Virus record (IMG/VR): IMGVR_UViG_3300033067_000719
Coordinates: 1-34,230 of that record
DNA from: a virus
Lineage: Duplodnaviria > Caudoviricetes
Length of the DNA: 34,230 nt
Reading direction: 5' to 3' (one strand)
The position numbers were made by a program, and so were the translations under genes. Numbering within the stretch: position 1 is the stretch's first letter; each line of letters begins with the position of its first letter. Shown here piece after piece: positions 1 through 8,131 of this stretch. The notes under the pieces were generated by a model. The model saw nothing but the letters and a program-made list of their open reading frames with translations. It searched no databases and was not told the origin of the DNA.

Positions 1-38
1 AACATCCCTGCTAATAGGGCTGCTTTTTTGTTACTCAT
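1..38 (-). CDS. 5' start of a hypothetical protein running off the left edge (MSNKKAALLAGM...)
   Basis: ATG at 38-36 sits behind the same leader (hairpin + TAAA...AGTAAGATG) as the 339..596 gene. Confidence 0.5.
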   Translation of the reverse strand, partial: MSNKKAALLAGM

Positions 39-77
39 CTTACTTTGTGTTTACGCCCCAGACTCACGCCCAGGGCT
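36..77. repeat. Intergenic direct repeat, copy 1 (leader hairpin unit)
   Basis: 39/42 identical to 594-635, including a perfect 28-mer tttacgccccagactcacgcccagggct (50-77 = 608-635). Confidence 0.9.
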
Positions 78-86
78 GTGGTTAAA

Positions 87-278
87 TTAATTTTCTTGTA
101 AATCCTCAAACTCTTCATCATCTACAATTCCTCTTCGTCTCTGATATTCAGCATAAAAATCGCAATCACAGGCAAGGCAATTGTTCTCGTCGAAATGAAA
201 GTAAGTGATTCCACAACCGCACCTGATGTGTAGTGCAGGTTCATCGATATTTTCACTATTAATTTTTCCCATTCCCAT
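87..278 (-). CDS. Small Cys-rich hypothetical protein
   Basis: 63 aa; CxCG and CxxCxC motifs; co-oriented in the early-gene array. Confidence 0.65.
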   Translation of the reverse strand: MGMGKINSENIDEPALHIRCGCGITYFHFDENNCLACDCDFYAEYQRRRGIVDDEEFEDLQEN

Positions 279-338
279 TATCTTTTTCGTTGTTTATCCC
301 ACAGAAGGAAATCGCTTTCCCTCTGTGGTTTGGTTAAA

Positions 339-596
339 TTAATTTGTTTTTTTTCTTTCATACTGAAATATTAACTTATTCGCAATATGATTAAATTCTA
401 ATAGGTCATATTCATTACCTGTGAGTTCATTAATTGCTAAGCAGGGCATAACATTAGCAAGTGCGTGAAATAGTAGATTTAGGGTGTCACCTTCCCCAAG
501 CTCTTCTAAGTCAATTTCACCTTCTTCAGATGCCTCCTGAAACTTCTTTAATAAGACCGTCGTATAGTCTAAAACTTTTTGCTGTTTATCGTTCAT
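339..596 (-). CDS. Hypothetical protein
   Basis: 85-aa ORF with conserved leader, protein-like composition. Confidence 0.75.
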   Translation of the reverse strand: MNDKQQKVLDYTTVLLKKFQEASEEGEIDLEELGEGDTLNLLFHALANVMPCLAINELTGNEYDLLEFNHIANKLIFQYERKKTN

Positions 597-635
597 CTTA
601 CTCTCTATTTACGCCCCAGACTCACGCCCAGGGCT
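594..635. repeat. Intergenic direct repeat, copy 2
   Basis: Matches 36-77. Confidence 0.9.
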
Positions 636-641
636 TGTTTA

Positions 642-1307
642 TTACCATTGTCCAATTGATTTCAAATACTCCACGTGCTTCGCGAAGCCTCCGCGTTCTT
701 CGTAGTACGCGTCAATCTGTTGCTTTACCTCTTTTTCGCTGAAGCAAGGTATTACGTGAATGTCCTTTTCTTCTCCAAAAAATCCCACAATCCCACTTAT
801 AACATCCCACGTCGAAAGAATACCATTGTTTGCCGTTACTAGAAATGTGATTTTTCCGCATTTAGCATAGCTATCAAGCAAGCATACAAGCGTATCATTC
901 CGATAATGTTTTGTGTAAAATTTGCCATCCGTTCCGTTAAATTTCAACGTCCATTTCTCCTGCTCAAATGGCGGGTTCTTAATAATATACCCGTCCTTAG
1001 CAGACTGCTGCAATGCGTTGTGAATAAACGTTATGCGCTCTTCTAGTTCGTTGATTCTTCGCAACGCCTGTATTACAGGAGACTCTAGTTTACCTTCTGC
1101 AAACCCGTATCTTGTAAAGTCAACATATTGCTCAAATGGCGGGTTCTGAATCAACTCCTGTACCGCCTGCGGGGTCGTGTAGTCCGCCGTTAGTCGTTCA
1201 AACGTTTCGGTATACGCGAGGGCTTCTTTTACGTCATCTTCGATGCGTTGTCCGCTGTTGCGGGTGATGATTGCGCTGAGGAATTGCGCTGCTAGTTCTT
1301 TGTTCAT
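642..1307 (-). CDS. Hypothetical protein with internal NPPFEQ duplication
   Basis: 221 aa; ATGA overlap with the YopX gene; 19-bp direct repeat at 961-979 and 1129-1147. Confidence 0.8.
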   Translation of the reverse strand: MNKELAAQFLSAIITRNSGQRIEDDVKEALAYTETFERLTADYTTPQAVQELIQNPPFEQYVDFTRYGFAEGKLESPVIQALRRINELEERITFIHNALQQSAKDGYIIKNPPFEQEKWTLKFNGTDGKFYTKHYRNDTLVCLLDSYAKCGKITFLVTANNGILSTWDVISGIVGFFGEEKDIHVIPCFSEKEVKQQIDAYYEERGGFAKHVEYLKSIGQW

Positions 1308-1693
1308 TGTGCTAATAATTCTGGGTTTTGGTGAATGTTTCCGCGAATAATGTAATGTTTACTTTCGTCTTTTCTTATCGGCTTAGGGTATATCGCATTG
1401 ACTTCGTGGTAAGTCCAACAGCAAAAAAATTCATTCCATGTGACCAAGGCGCGGGGGGCATCAAAGGAAATTATATCTCCTTCAAATATCTTAACTCCGC
1501 TTTTATCGTACAATCCTGTAAATTGTCCGATTGTGTCCTCTTGTACCCTTGTTACTTGTACGGGAAAGATTCCATCTAGGCTCCTATAATCGCTTTGAAA
1601 CATTACAGCTTCTCCTGTTTTTGTTAAAAAGTAATACCCATAAATCCACTCTTTTCCGTCCAGTCGAAGCCCTCTAAACTCTATTTCTCTCAT
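1304..1693 (-). CDS. YopX-family phage protein
   Basis: MREIEFRG...TIGQFTGLYDKSGVKIFEGDII...GNIHQNPELL matches the YopX signature. Confidence 0.9.
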   Translation of the reverse strand: MREIEFRGLRLDGKEWIYGYYFLTKTGEAVMFQSDYRSLDGIFPVQVTRVQEDTIGQFTGLYDKSGVKIFEGDIISFDAPRALVTWNEFFCCWTYHEVNAIYPKPIRKDESKHYIIRGNIHQNPELLAQ

Positions 1694-1953
1694 TTTCGTA
1701 ATGCGTTAAATTTAATTACTTTACAATCTATAATCCTTACTAAATCCTTGTGAGGAACGTCGATGCCGGTGAAGTCGTATATCATCTTTTTGACTTTGTC
1801 GATTGGTACAACCTTCTTCATAAAACGATACCTCCGATACCCTCCACGCGCGTCGAAGGTGTCAAACCATTCGCCAAACTCTTCAATCCAGTCTGAAACA
1901 GCAGCCTTGTAAATAGACTGCTGTTCACGATATTCTGCTAGTGTTTTTTTCAT
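1690..1953 (-). CDS. Hypothetical protein
   Basis: 87 aa; ATGA coupling to YopX. Confidence 0.75.
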   Translation of the reverse strand: MKKTLAEYREQQSIYKAAVSDWIEEFGEWFDTFDARGGYRRYRFMKKVVPIDKVKKMIYDFTGIDVPHKDLVRIIDCKVIKFNALRK

Positions 1954-1983
1954 ATTGCGTGTGTTTACGAGTTATGTGCAATG

Positions 1984-2202
1984 CTAATCGTTATCGTTTT
2001 CAATGACATTGCCTTCTTTAATTACAGTTAATGTGTAGTAATCGCTACCCCATCCGCCTGCCCTATAATCAAGTTTCCCATCTTTTAAATAATTATCTTC
2101 TACGTATTTATTTACTACTTTTTTTGCTTCTTCTTCATTTTTAGCTATTGTAAAAAAAGAAGCCTCCCCGTGTCCCTTTGGTTGAAATGCGTATAATTTC
2201 AT
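1984..2202 (-). CDS. Hypothetical protein inside a cassette-like unit
   Basis: 72 aa, AT-rich; bracketed by the inverted 9-mers GTTATGTGC (1971-1979) and GCACATAAC (2242-2250). Confidence 0.75.
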   Translation of the reverse strand: MKLYAFQPKGHGEASFFTIAKNEEEAKKVVNKYVEDNYLKDGKLDYRAGGWGSDYYTLTVIKEGNVIENDND

Positions 2203-2286
2203 TTCGTTTTAAAATTAAGTTTAGTGTTTATAATCCGCCAAGCACATAACAGCATATAAAAGATATACATCTGTGGTTTGCTTAAT

Positions 2287-2859
2287 TCATCTCTTGCTTT
2301 TCAAATATTGCTCCCCTACTTCGTTTTTAAGTTGAAAGTAATCGACCTTAGTAACCTTACCCGTCACCAGGCGAGCTTCAAACGCGCGGCGGTTGGTTAA
2401 GCCCTTCGATGTTACCAACTTTCCGTTTACGCGTACCTTGTTCCAACGCATCAACGCTGCCGCTGCTTTATCGGTGCGACCTGCTTTCAGTTCTTTAATA
2501 AAAGAAGAACGGTCTATCTTTTCTAAGTCGCCCGTGTTGTAAAGTAGCGACGTAATCGCAGCTTTTTGTAAATAGGTAAACTGAGGATAGCGAGCATCTA
2601 CCTGGTTGTAAAGTTCTGCTACCAATCCGTGAAAAATCTTGTCCGCGTGATGTACATTTTTGACCTTCTTTACCTGCGTGAATCCCCAGCCTACTGTGGA
2701 GATACCTGCTTGGCAAGCGTAAACTGATTTGCTGTAGCCTTCGAACTTCTTAATTGTCCAAGCCATCAATTCGTATTTTTGCGTGCTTGAAAATCCTACT
2801 TGTGCCTGTGCTGTGCTGAGTGCGAGGAGTAGCCCCGCTGTGAGTGTTACTTTTTTCAT
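2287..2859 (-). CDS. GH24 (T4/P1-type) lysozyme with an N-terminal Sec signal peptide
   Basis: E-8x-C-5x-T triad (FEGYSKSVYACQAGISTVGWG), ..SLLYNTG.., RWNK...GLTNRR..E. Start likely MKKVTLTAGLLLALSTAQA|Q at 2859; the track start at 2886 is also possible. Confidence 0.88.
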   Translation of the reverse strand: MKKVTLTAGLLLALSTAQAQVGFSSTQKYELMAWTIKKFEGYSKSVYACQAGISTVGWGFTQVKKVKNVHHADKIFHGLVAELYNQVDARYPQFTYLQKAAITSLLYNTGDLEKIDRSSFIKELKAGRTDKAAAALMRWNKVRVNGKLVTSKGLTNRRAFEARLVTGKVTKVDYFQLKNEVGEQYLKSKR

Positions 2860-2916
2860 TTTGATTTTTGTGTTTTTAAATTCCATCTAATTCGGGGGAA
2901 TTAGATTGTGTTATGC

Positions 2917-3528
2917 CTAGAGCGACTCCAGCAAATCAGAAACCCATTTATTTGACTGATCACATCTTTGAACTTCTTTTAAGTATTCAGAATTGTGATA
3001 AGCTAAATCCTTTTTAGCCTGTTCAATCATTTGCTTTCTAATTTCGGAAGCGTTGATAGTTAGCAATTCTGTTTCTATTTCAATCAAGCGCCTGCTGTAG
3101 TAATCAGTTTTACAATCAAAAACAATTGTTTTTTCAATTTGTTCAATCATAAAATCTTTAATACCTGTATGGTCGGGTGTTGGCGGTTGCCATTTCCGAA
3201 CATCGGATAATATTTTATTCAATTCAATCATTGATTTTTTTGCTTTTTCAATAGCTTCCAAACAATTTTTTTTGCTATCTTCTAGTTCCCTTTTTCTTGT
3301 ATCAACTATTTCATCATCACTCAATTTTTGAGCATCAATAATTGATTGTTTCGCTTTTTCAATTGCTTTTAAATGGTAACCACTTGGAACCCTTGGTTCG
3401 TATTCTGTATCTAAACTTTCATCACGCAAATGAATTGTAGCTCCGAAGGCTCTCATACATAATTTTGCAAATTGCGGGAACGTGATAACTGTACCATCTA
3501 AAATCCCTGCTGTGTAACCTGTTGGCAT
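2917..3528 (-). CDS. Hypothetical phage protein (MPTGYT... type), helical
   Basis: 203-aa ORF, AT-rich relative to neighbours. Confidence 0.8.
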   Translation of the reverse strand: MPTGYTAGILDGTVITFPQFAKLCMRAFGATIHLRDESLDTEYEPRVPSGYHLKAIEKAKQSIIDAQKLSDDEIVDTRKRELEDSKKNCLEAIEKAKKSMIELNKILSDVRKWQPPTPDHTGIKDFMIEQIEKTIVFDCKTDYYSRRLIEIETELLTINASEIRKQMIEQAKKDLAYHNSEYLKEVQRCDQSNKWVSDLLESL

Positions 3529-3607
3529 ATTTTGATTTGTGTTTATGCCCCTTGCGGGGCGGTGTGTTACTAATACGATGTAATATTACAAAAGTTTTAC
3601 TAAAAAT

Positions 3608-3724
3608 TCAAAAACCTTTGTTTTTATTTTTCTCCTCTTCGATTTTTACAAGTAGCCTTACAAGCCCGTAAAATGTAAGAATCATTACTGCCGTTACGAT
3701 GCAATCTCCGTCTATGTTATTCAT
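3608..3724 (-). CDS. Small putative membrane peptide (38 aa, not in the ORF track)
   Basis: MNNIDGDCIVTAVMILTFYGLVRLLVKIEEEKNKNKGF; start overlaps the end of 3717..4241. Confidence 0.45.
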   Translation of the reverse strand: MNNIDGDCIVTAVMILTFYGLVRLLVKIEEEKNKNKGF

Positions 3725-4241
3725 TCGTGTATATCGGTTTATGTAATTCATACTTCTCTACCAACCTATCTAACGCGGCATCAACCTTGCCGCCTTGTTT
3801 GTGTTCCGAAATCCTTAGTGAGATAAGCGTTATGTCACGCATACGGTTAGCAATCTCCTCGTATTGCTCGATCATCGCAAGCATATTCTGTTCGCTTGCC
3901 ATGTCGATATTTTCGATGTTGCCCTCCGCTGCTTCCTTGAGAACTCTTAGCGACGCCGTTAGCTTAGTCGGGACTTTCGGGTTCACTAGAAGCATCGCTT
4001 CCAGGTTGCGACTTGCTTCGCGGTACGCCTTCCAGATATGTCTTTGTTTGCCAAGGTCTTCGTTGAGATTAAACAACCGATTTAGGACGGGTTCGATTTC
4101 GTTCAGCGCGGTGGCAAGTGCCTTCTTCTGCTGCGCTCCATACGCATCAAAATTTGGGTTGTCGAGAACGTCGATGGCGAGTTGTAAGATTGCGTAGTCT
4201 AACATTAGACTCTCTGTGCTACTAGGTTTTAACTGATTCAT
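3717..4241 (-). CDS. Hypothetical helical protein
   Basis: 174 aa; ATGA-coupled to the upstream gene. Confidence 0.8.
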   Translation of the reverse strand: MNQLKPSSTESLMLDYAILQLAIDVLDNPNFDAYGAQQKKALATALNEIEPVLNRLFNLNEDLGKQRHIWKAYREASRNLEAMLLVNPKVPTKLTASLRVLKEAAEGNIENIDMASEQNMLAMIEQYEEIANRMRDITLISLRISEHKQGGKVDAALDRLVEKYELHKPIYTNE

Positions 4242-4453
4242 TTTTGTATTTCTAGGTTTGTGTAATCTGCATCAAATGAGCATATATCAAATTTTGCAAG
4301 TGGATTTTGGATATCTAATCCATACCCCTTTATTTGATAATTTATCCACTCTTTCGCATCATACTCTGTGAATACTATATTGACAGGAATTTCAATTTCT
4401 ATTTTTTCGATTACTATTTTGCTCATTTTGCCTTCATTTTTAAATATGTTCAT
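4238..4453 (-). CDS. Hypothetical protein
   Basis: 71 aa in the operon. Confidence 0.7.
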   Translation of the reverse strand: MNIFKNEGKMSKIVIEKIEIEIPVNIVFTEYDAKEWINYQIKGYGLDIQNPLAKFDICSFDADYTNLEIQK

Positions 4454-4462
4454 TTTTGTTTG

Positions 4463-4654
4463 TTATTTATAAATTATTTTAAACTCTCCACATTTCTTAC
4501 ACACTAGGTTCAACTTCGTTGTAGTGTATCTACCTGCAAATTTACCCCACATATCATACTTTTCGGTTGTCTTTGTATGTTCTGTTAAGACTTCCCACTG
4601 GTGCATGCATTTCGGTTCTTCTTTTATGCCAAATATCCGTTTTAATAAACTCAT
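4463..4654 (-). CDS. Small zinc-ribbon-like protein
   Basis: CMHQW...CKKCG (CxH..CxxC). Confidence 0.7.
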   Translation of the reverse strand: MSLLKRIFGIKEEPKCMHQWEVLTEHTKTTEKYDMWGKFAGRYTTTKLNLVCKKCGEFKIIYK

Positions 4655-4672
4655 TTCACTTTGTGTTATATT

Positions 4673-4888
4673 TTAATATACATTACCAAATAAATCTTCT
4701 TGTTTTTTGATTTTATCACATTCACAACCTCCAAACCTAAAATCTTCTTTTTTTATTACCTCAACTTTATCTCCTCTGTTTACGTATTTTTTTAGCTCTT
4801 TTAGCCATTCCTTATCTGTATAACAGTGAGGTTCTAAACAAGCTGCGAAAATAGCACCACAGCATTTCTTTTTAACTACTTGTATCAT
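4673..4888 (-). CDS. Small Cys-rich hypothetical protein
   Basis: CCG..C..C..CEC; in the operon. Confidence 0.7.
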   Translation of the reverse strand: MIQVVKKKCCGAIFAACLEPHCYTDKEWLKELKKYVNRGDKVEVIKKEDFRFGGCECDKIKKQEDLFGNVY

Positions 4889-5007
4889 TTTACTTTGATT
4901 TTTACTGGTTCTCCTTTGATTTTCTGTTCCATTTTCGCCGCGATTACGCGGGCTGCAAGTTCGATGTTAAGACGAAAATATCCGTCTTCGATTACGTGTT
5001 GTATCAT
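4885..5007 (-). CDS. Small hypothetical protein (40 aa, not in the ORF track)
   Basis: MIQHVIEDGYFRLNIELAARVIAAKMEQKIKGEPVKIKVK; ATGA overlaps at both ends fill the gap exactly. Confidence 0.65.
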   Translation of the reverse strand: MIQHVIEDGYFRLNIELAARVIAAKMEQKIKGEPVKIKVK

Positions 5008-5402
5008 TTGTTATATATTTTATTGTACATTAAATCATACTTGATGCCGCCTTCAAATTCTTCAGGAAAGTTGACACCTAATACGAAAATCATCACATTT
5101 GTCGTATCATCGACTTTGTACTTTTCCCAAAAATACTTCACTAAGGCGCGGCTGTGCGCTTTGAAAGATGATACTTTTTGAGAACCTTCGCGGGTTAATA
5201 AGAGATTGTAACCCTTAGAATTGTTAAAGTGAACAAACATCCTGTTACCATCCTCGATAAAATCAACATGCGAATACTGCTTGTGACTATCGTATATGTA
5301 CGATGGGAATTTGATGACGGGCGGACTTAAATATATTCGCATTGTCGGATTTATCCGTCTGCCTTTTTTAAAGGGTGTAATAACTTCGCTCAACCTTTTC
5401 AT
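5004..5402 (-). CDS. Hypothetical protein
   Basis: 132 aa, translationally coupled. Confidence 0.75.
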   Translation of the reverse strand: MKRLSEVITPFKKGRRINPTMRIYLSPPVIKFPSYIYDSHKQYSHVDFIEDGNRMFVHFNNSKGYNLLLTREGSQKVSSFKAHSRALVKYFWEKYKVDDTTNVMIFVLGVNFPEEFEGGIKYDLMYNKIYNK

Positions 5403-5701
5403 TATCCTATTTTTCCTGTTTTTCTGTCTATTAAAAATGATATATACTCTGCGTCGGGATGCCCGAACGCCTGCAAAAGAAACTTAGCCACCCCAGACGC
5501 GGGCGCGAAGTGCGAGGAGGTGATTTGTATCGCTTGCGGGTCAGCGGAGGGTACGATATAGAACCCATCTTCTTTATCCACGATATCGAAGCTCCCGACT
5601 TCAAGCCATCTTTGCAGGGGTTTACTTACGTAGAAACCCGTCCTTGTAATGCCTAACCGAATCTTGCGTTCGGCTAGGACTTTGTTGTTTAGTTTTGTCA
5701 T
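5402..5701 (-). CDS. Hypothetical protein
   Basis: 99 aa, TAATG overlap. Confidence 0.75.
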   Translation of the reverse strand: MTKLNNKVLAERKIRLGITRTGFYVSKPLQRWLEVGSFDIVDKEDGFYIVPSADPQAIQITSSHFAPASGVAKFLLQAFGHPDAEYISFLIDRKTGKIG

Positions 5702-6120
5702 TGTTGCATTTGTTTTTTAATGTGGTCGGGAATGTCGTGAGAGAAGTTGTGCCAAGATGAGCTAATGTGCGAGGTATAAGGATATTCTTCTTCATAGTCA
5801 ATATCTATAAGCCTTCCAAAATGAACCCCATGATTACCAGTATTATCCCAAAAATATCCCCAATTATTAACTTTGGGGTTGTTCCAATGCTCTGAAATTG
5901 GCGTGAATCCGCCTTTTTCGAGGGTGTATTCGGTGAGGGATAAAAGAGGATATTTATGAGTACTATAATTTACCCCGTCTATATTGTAAGTTGCGGTTTC
6001 ACCATCAAATTTGACACATATGCGGAAGTGTGCGTAGTCTTCATTATTTACTACTTCACCCCACCCATACCGAACATCGAATACCTTTGTGCCTACCGGT
6101 AATAATCTTTCTTCTTTCAT
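5698..6120 (-). CDS. Hypothetical protein, SH3/KOW-like beta-rich N-terminus
   Basis: VGTKVFDVRYGWGEVV...ICVKFD; ATGA overlaps. Confidence 0.75.
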   Translation of the reverse strand: MKEERLLPVGTKVFDVRYGWGEVVNNEDYAHFRICVKFDGETATYNIDGVNYSTHKYPLLSLTEYTLEKGGFTPISEHWNNPKVNNWGYFWDNTGNHGVHFGRLIDIDYEEEYPYTSHISSSWHNFSHDIPDHIKKQMQQ

Positions 6121-6947
6121 TGCGTTAACTCTGTTTTGCGTTTGTCTTTTGCTGCTACAAATTCTGCATTTGATTGCAAGTGCTTATACTTGCTCCATAC
6201 CGACTTTAAATCCTCGATATTGGCGGTGACTTCCATCTCGTTGACCGCTGCTGCGATTTCAGACACACCGCTATTGCACCAATCTGCAATTAGGGCCCCT
6301 GTTTCCTCTGTAATTAAAAAGGGGTTCTTTCCTTCAAACAAGTTTGTTCTATCCTTCGAAGAGATAGCAAAATGCGTGTCGCGGTCAATTGTTAAAGAAA
6401 CAGTCAATTCGTATTCCCATCCTTCGCGCTGTAAGTCCTTTAAGCCTACTTTTTTCACCTTCTTATCGTCACCCATAACCGTCTCCATTTTTGAGCGAGT
6501 GCATGTTATTACATGACAAGAAGAATTTAAAACCGCTCTAAGGAACCTATCATGCCGCGGTGTAGTCTGTGACCAGGCTGACCAAGTATTTCCTCGGAAT
6601 TTGGATTGCGCTAATAGCTCATTTTCTTCTAAAAGTGTTGTCCATTCGTGAGTTGAGGAGTCGATAATGATAACCTCAATCCCCGATTTTTCGCAAAGCT
6701 GAATAGCTTCGATGTATTTTTCGGGTGTGAAAGGTGGTAAAAGGTCTATCGTATTGAAATCCCCTAAATGCGAGTAGAGTGATGCTGACCCGTTCTCGGT
6801 GTCAATTACCGCTACTTTTTCCCAGTCGCCTACAAGACCTTTTGCCAATTTCAAAGCTGAATAAGTCTTGCCTGCACCGGATGGAGCTGATAAATTCAAG
6901 CGAAGTTTTACCGCCTTTCTGGTAGCTTTCTTTAGTTGTAGAGTCAT
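6117..6947 (-). CDS. Sak4-like AAA ATPase / single-strand annealing recombinase
   Basis: Walker A APSGAGKT, VAVIDTE, Walker B IIIDSSTHEW; close to ssb. Confidence 0.85.
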   Translation of the reverse strand: MTLQLKKATRKAVKLRLNLSAPSGAGKTYSALKLAKGLVGDWEKVAVIDTENGSASLYSHLGDFNTIDLLPPFTPEKYIEAIQLCEKSGIEVIIIDSSTHEWTTLLEENELLAQSKFRGNTWSAWSQTTPRHDRFLRAVLNSSCHVITCTRSKMETVMGDDKKVKKVGLKDLQREGWEYELTVSLTIDRDTHFAISSKDRTNLFEGKNPFLITEETGALIADWCNSGVSEIAAAVNEMEVTANIEDLKSVWSKYKHLQSNAEFVAAKDKRKTELTQ

Positions 6948-7153
6948 ATTCCTTTGTCGTTAAGTAGTGACCAAACGGCCACTACGATGAGTAAAAAAAT
7001 CCCTGCGATTGTCAATCCTAAAAGGTTAGCGAGGTACTCCTCACGGTCTTCCTTGTCGATTAACTCGTAAATCTTGCGGCGCTCCTTCGGGTCTTGCGTT
7101 TCGAAGTAATCGCGCTCGAGTTGCTGCATACGCTTAGAACGGTAGGTCATCAT
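6944..7153 (-). CDS. Small membrane protein
   Basis: C-terminal hydrophobic helix LLGLTIAGIFLLIVVAVWSLL. Confidence 0.7.
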   Translation of the reverse strand: MMTYRSKRMQQLERDYFETQDPKERRKIYELIDKEDREEYLANLLGLTIAGIFLLIVVAVWSLLNDKGI

Positions 7154-7481
7154 TTGCTGGTTGCGTTTGTGGTTGTGGATTGCTTTGCGTTGCTTGTTGC
7201 TGCCCGCCGCCGAGAAGCTGGATTTGCGTAGCGGAAAGTGAGCATTGCGCCTGTTCGTTGTAAACAGATAGCTTGAAGCTGCCTTCTACATAAATCTTTG
7301 TACCTTTTGTAAGATACGGCTGCAAGTTGGTTTGGCTTGACAAGATACTGAACCACTCCGTTATTTTGTTATCTCCTTTGCCGCTGTTTACAGCAATCGA
7401 GAATGAAAGCGCGTCGCGACCTCCAAAGTTTTTGATTTCGGCATCTTTGCCAAGTGTGCCAATGAGAACGATTTTTTTCAT
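7134..7481 (-). CDS. ssb: Single-stranded DNA-binding protein
   Basis: LIGTLGKDAE..FSIAVN..TEWF..YLTKGTKIYVEG OB-fold, Q-rich linker, DDLPF tail. Confidence 0.95.
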   Translation of the reverse strand: MKKIVLIGTLGKDAEIKNFGGRDALSFSIAVNSGKGDNKITEWFSILSSQTNLQPYLTKGTKIYVEGSFKLSVYNEQAQCSLSATQIQLLGGGQQQATQSNPQPQTQPANDDLPF

Positions 7482-7544
7482 AAGAAATTTAATTTGATAA
7501 AAAGTGAAGTAAGCAGTTTAGCGACGTGCTTAGGTCGGGGGGGA

Positions 7545-7727
7545 TTACAGGGTTATTAATTCTTGATTGTTGTCTCCAGAAAACCTTAGACGATATTTTA
7601 CGCCGCCAATAATAGCGTATTGGCTTCCATTGCCCAAAGAGATGTACTTGCCAATACCAAAGTAAATAGTTTCCCAACCATTTACATAATTTGAAAAAGA
7701 TACGTTGTTTTTGATTGATGTTGTCAT
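7545..7727 (-). CDS. Hypothetical protein
   Basis: 60 aa directly downstream of the promoter at 7778-7808. Confidence 0.55.
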   Translation of the reverse strand: MTTSIKNNVSFSNYVNGWETIYFGIGKYISLGNGSQYAIIGGVKYRLRFSGDNNQELITL

Positions 7728-7777
7728 AGTTGTATCTGTTCAGAACGCTGTCCCCCGTTTGTGTTACTATTGTAGGA

Positions 7778-7808
7778 CAAAGTTACAAAAGAATTAATAA
7801 AAAACAAA
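7778..7808 (-). promoter_or_regulatory. Bacteroidota-type sigma-A promoter
   Basis: TTTG (7808-7805)-N19-TAACTTTG (7785-7778). Confidence 0.8.
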
Positions 7809-7825
7809 TAAAGATTAGAAAATAT

Positions 7826-8128
7826 TTAATCCCATACAAGATGAATATCTAACTCGTCAAACAAAACAAGATTAACAACATCTATATCAGCAGACGTAAA
7901 TCTGTTATATAGCCTTTGCTTTTTAACCTTATTCTTTTGCCCAACTTTTTCATATATCTGACTTAATAATACTTTTTCGTAGTCATTTGCTTCTATCATT
8001 GCTTCCTGAATAAGCCAATCGTGCATCTTTGCCATGAAGTTTACGCTTGCCTTAAAAGGTGGTGCTGGAGACAACTTCCGCCCTGACTTACTTACTAAGT
8101 CCTTAACACGTAATTCTTTTCTTGCCAT
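7826..8128 (-). CDS. Hypothetical protein
   Basis: 100 aa directly after the primase. Confidence 0.7.
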   Translation of the reverse strand: MARKELRVKDLVSKSGRKLSPAPPFKASVNFMAKMHDWLIQEAMIEANDYEKVLLSQIYEKVGQKNKVKKQRLYNRFTSADIDVVNLVLFDELDIHLVWD

Positions 8129-8131
8129 GGT

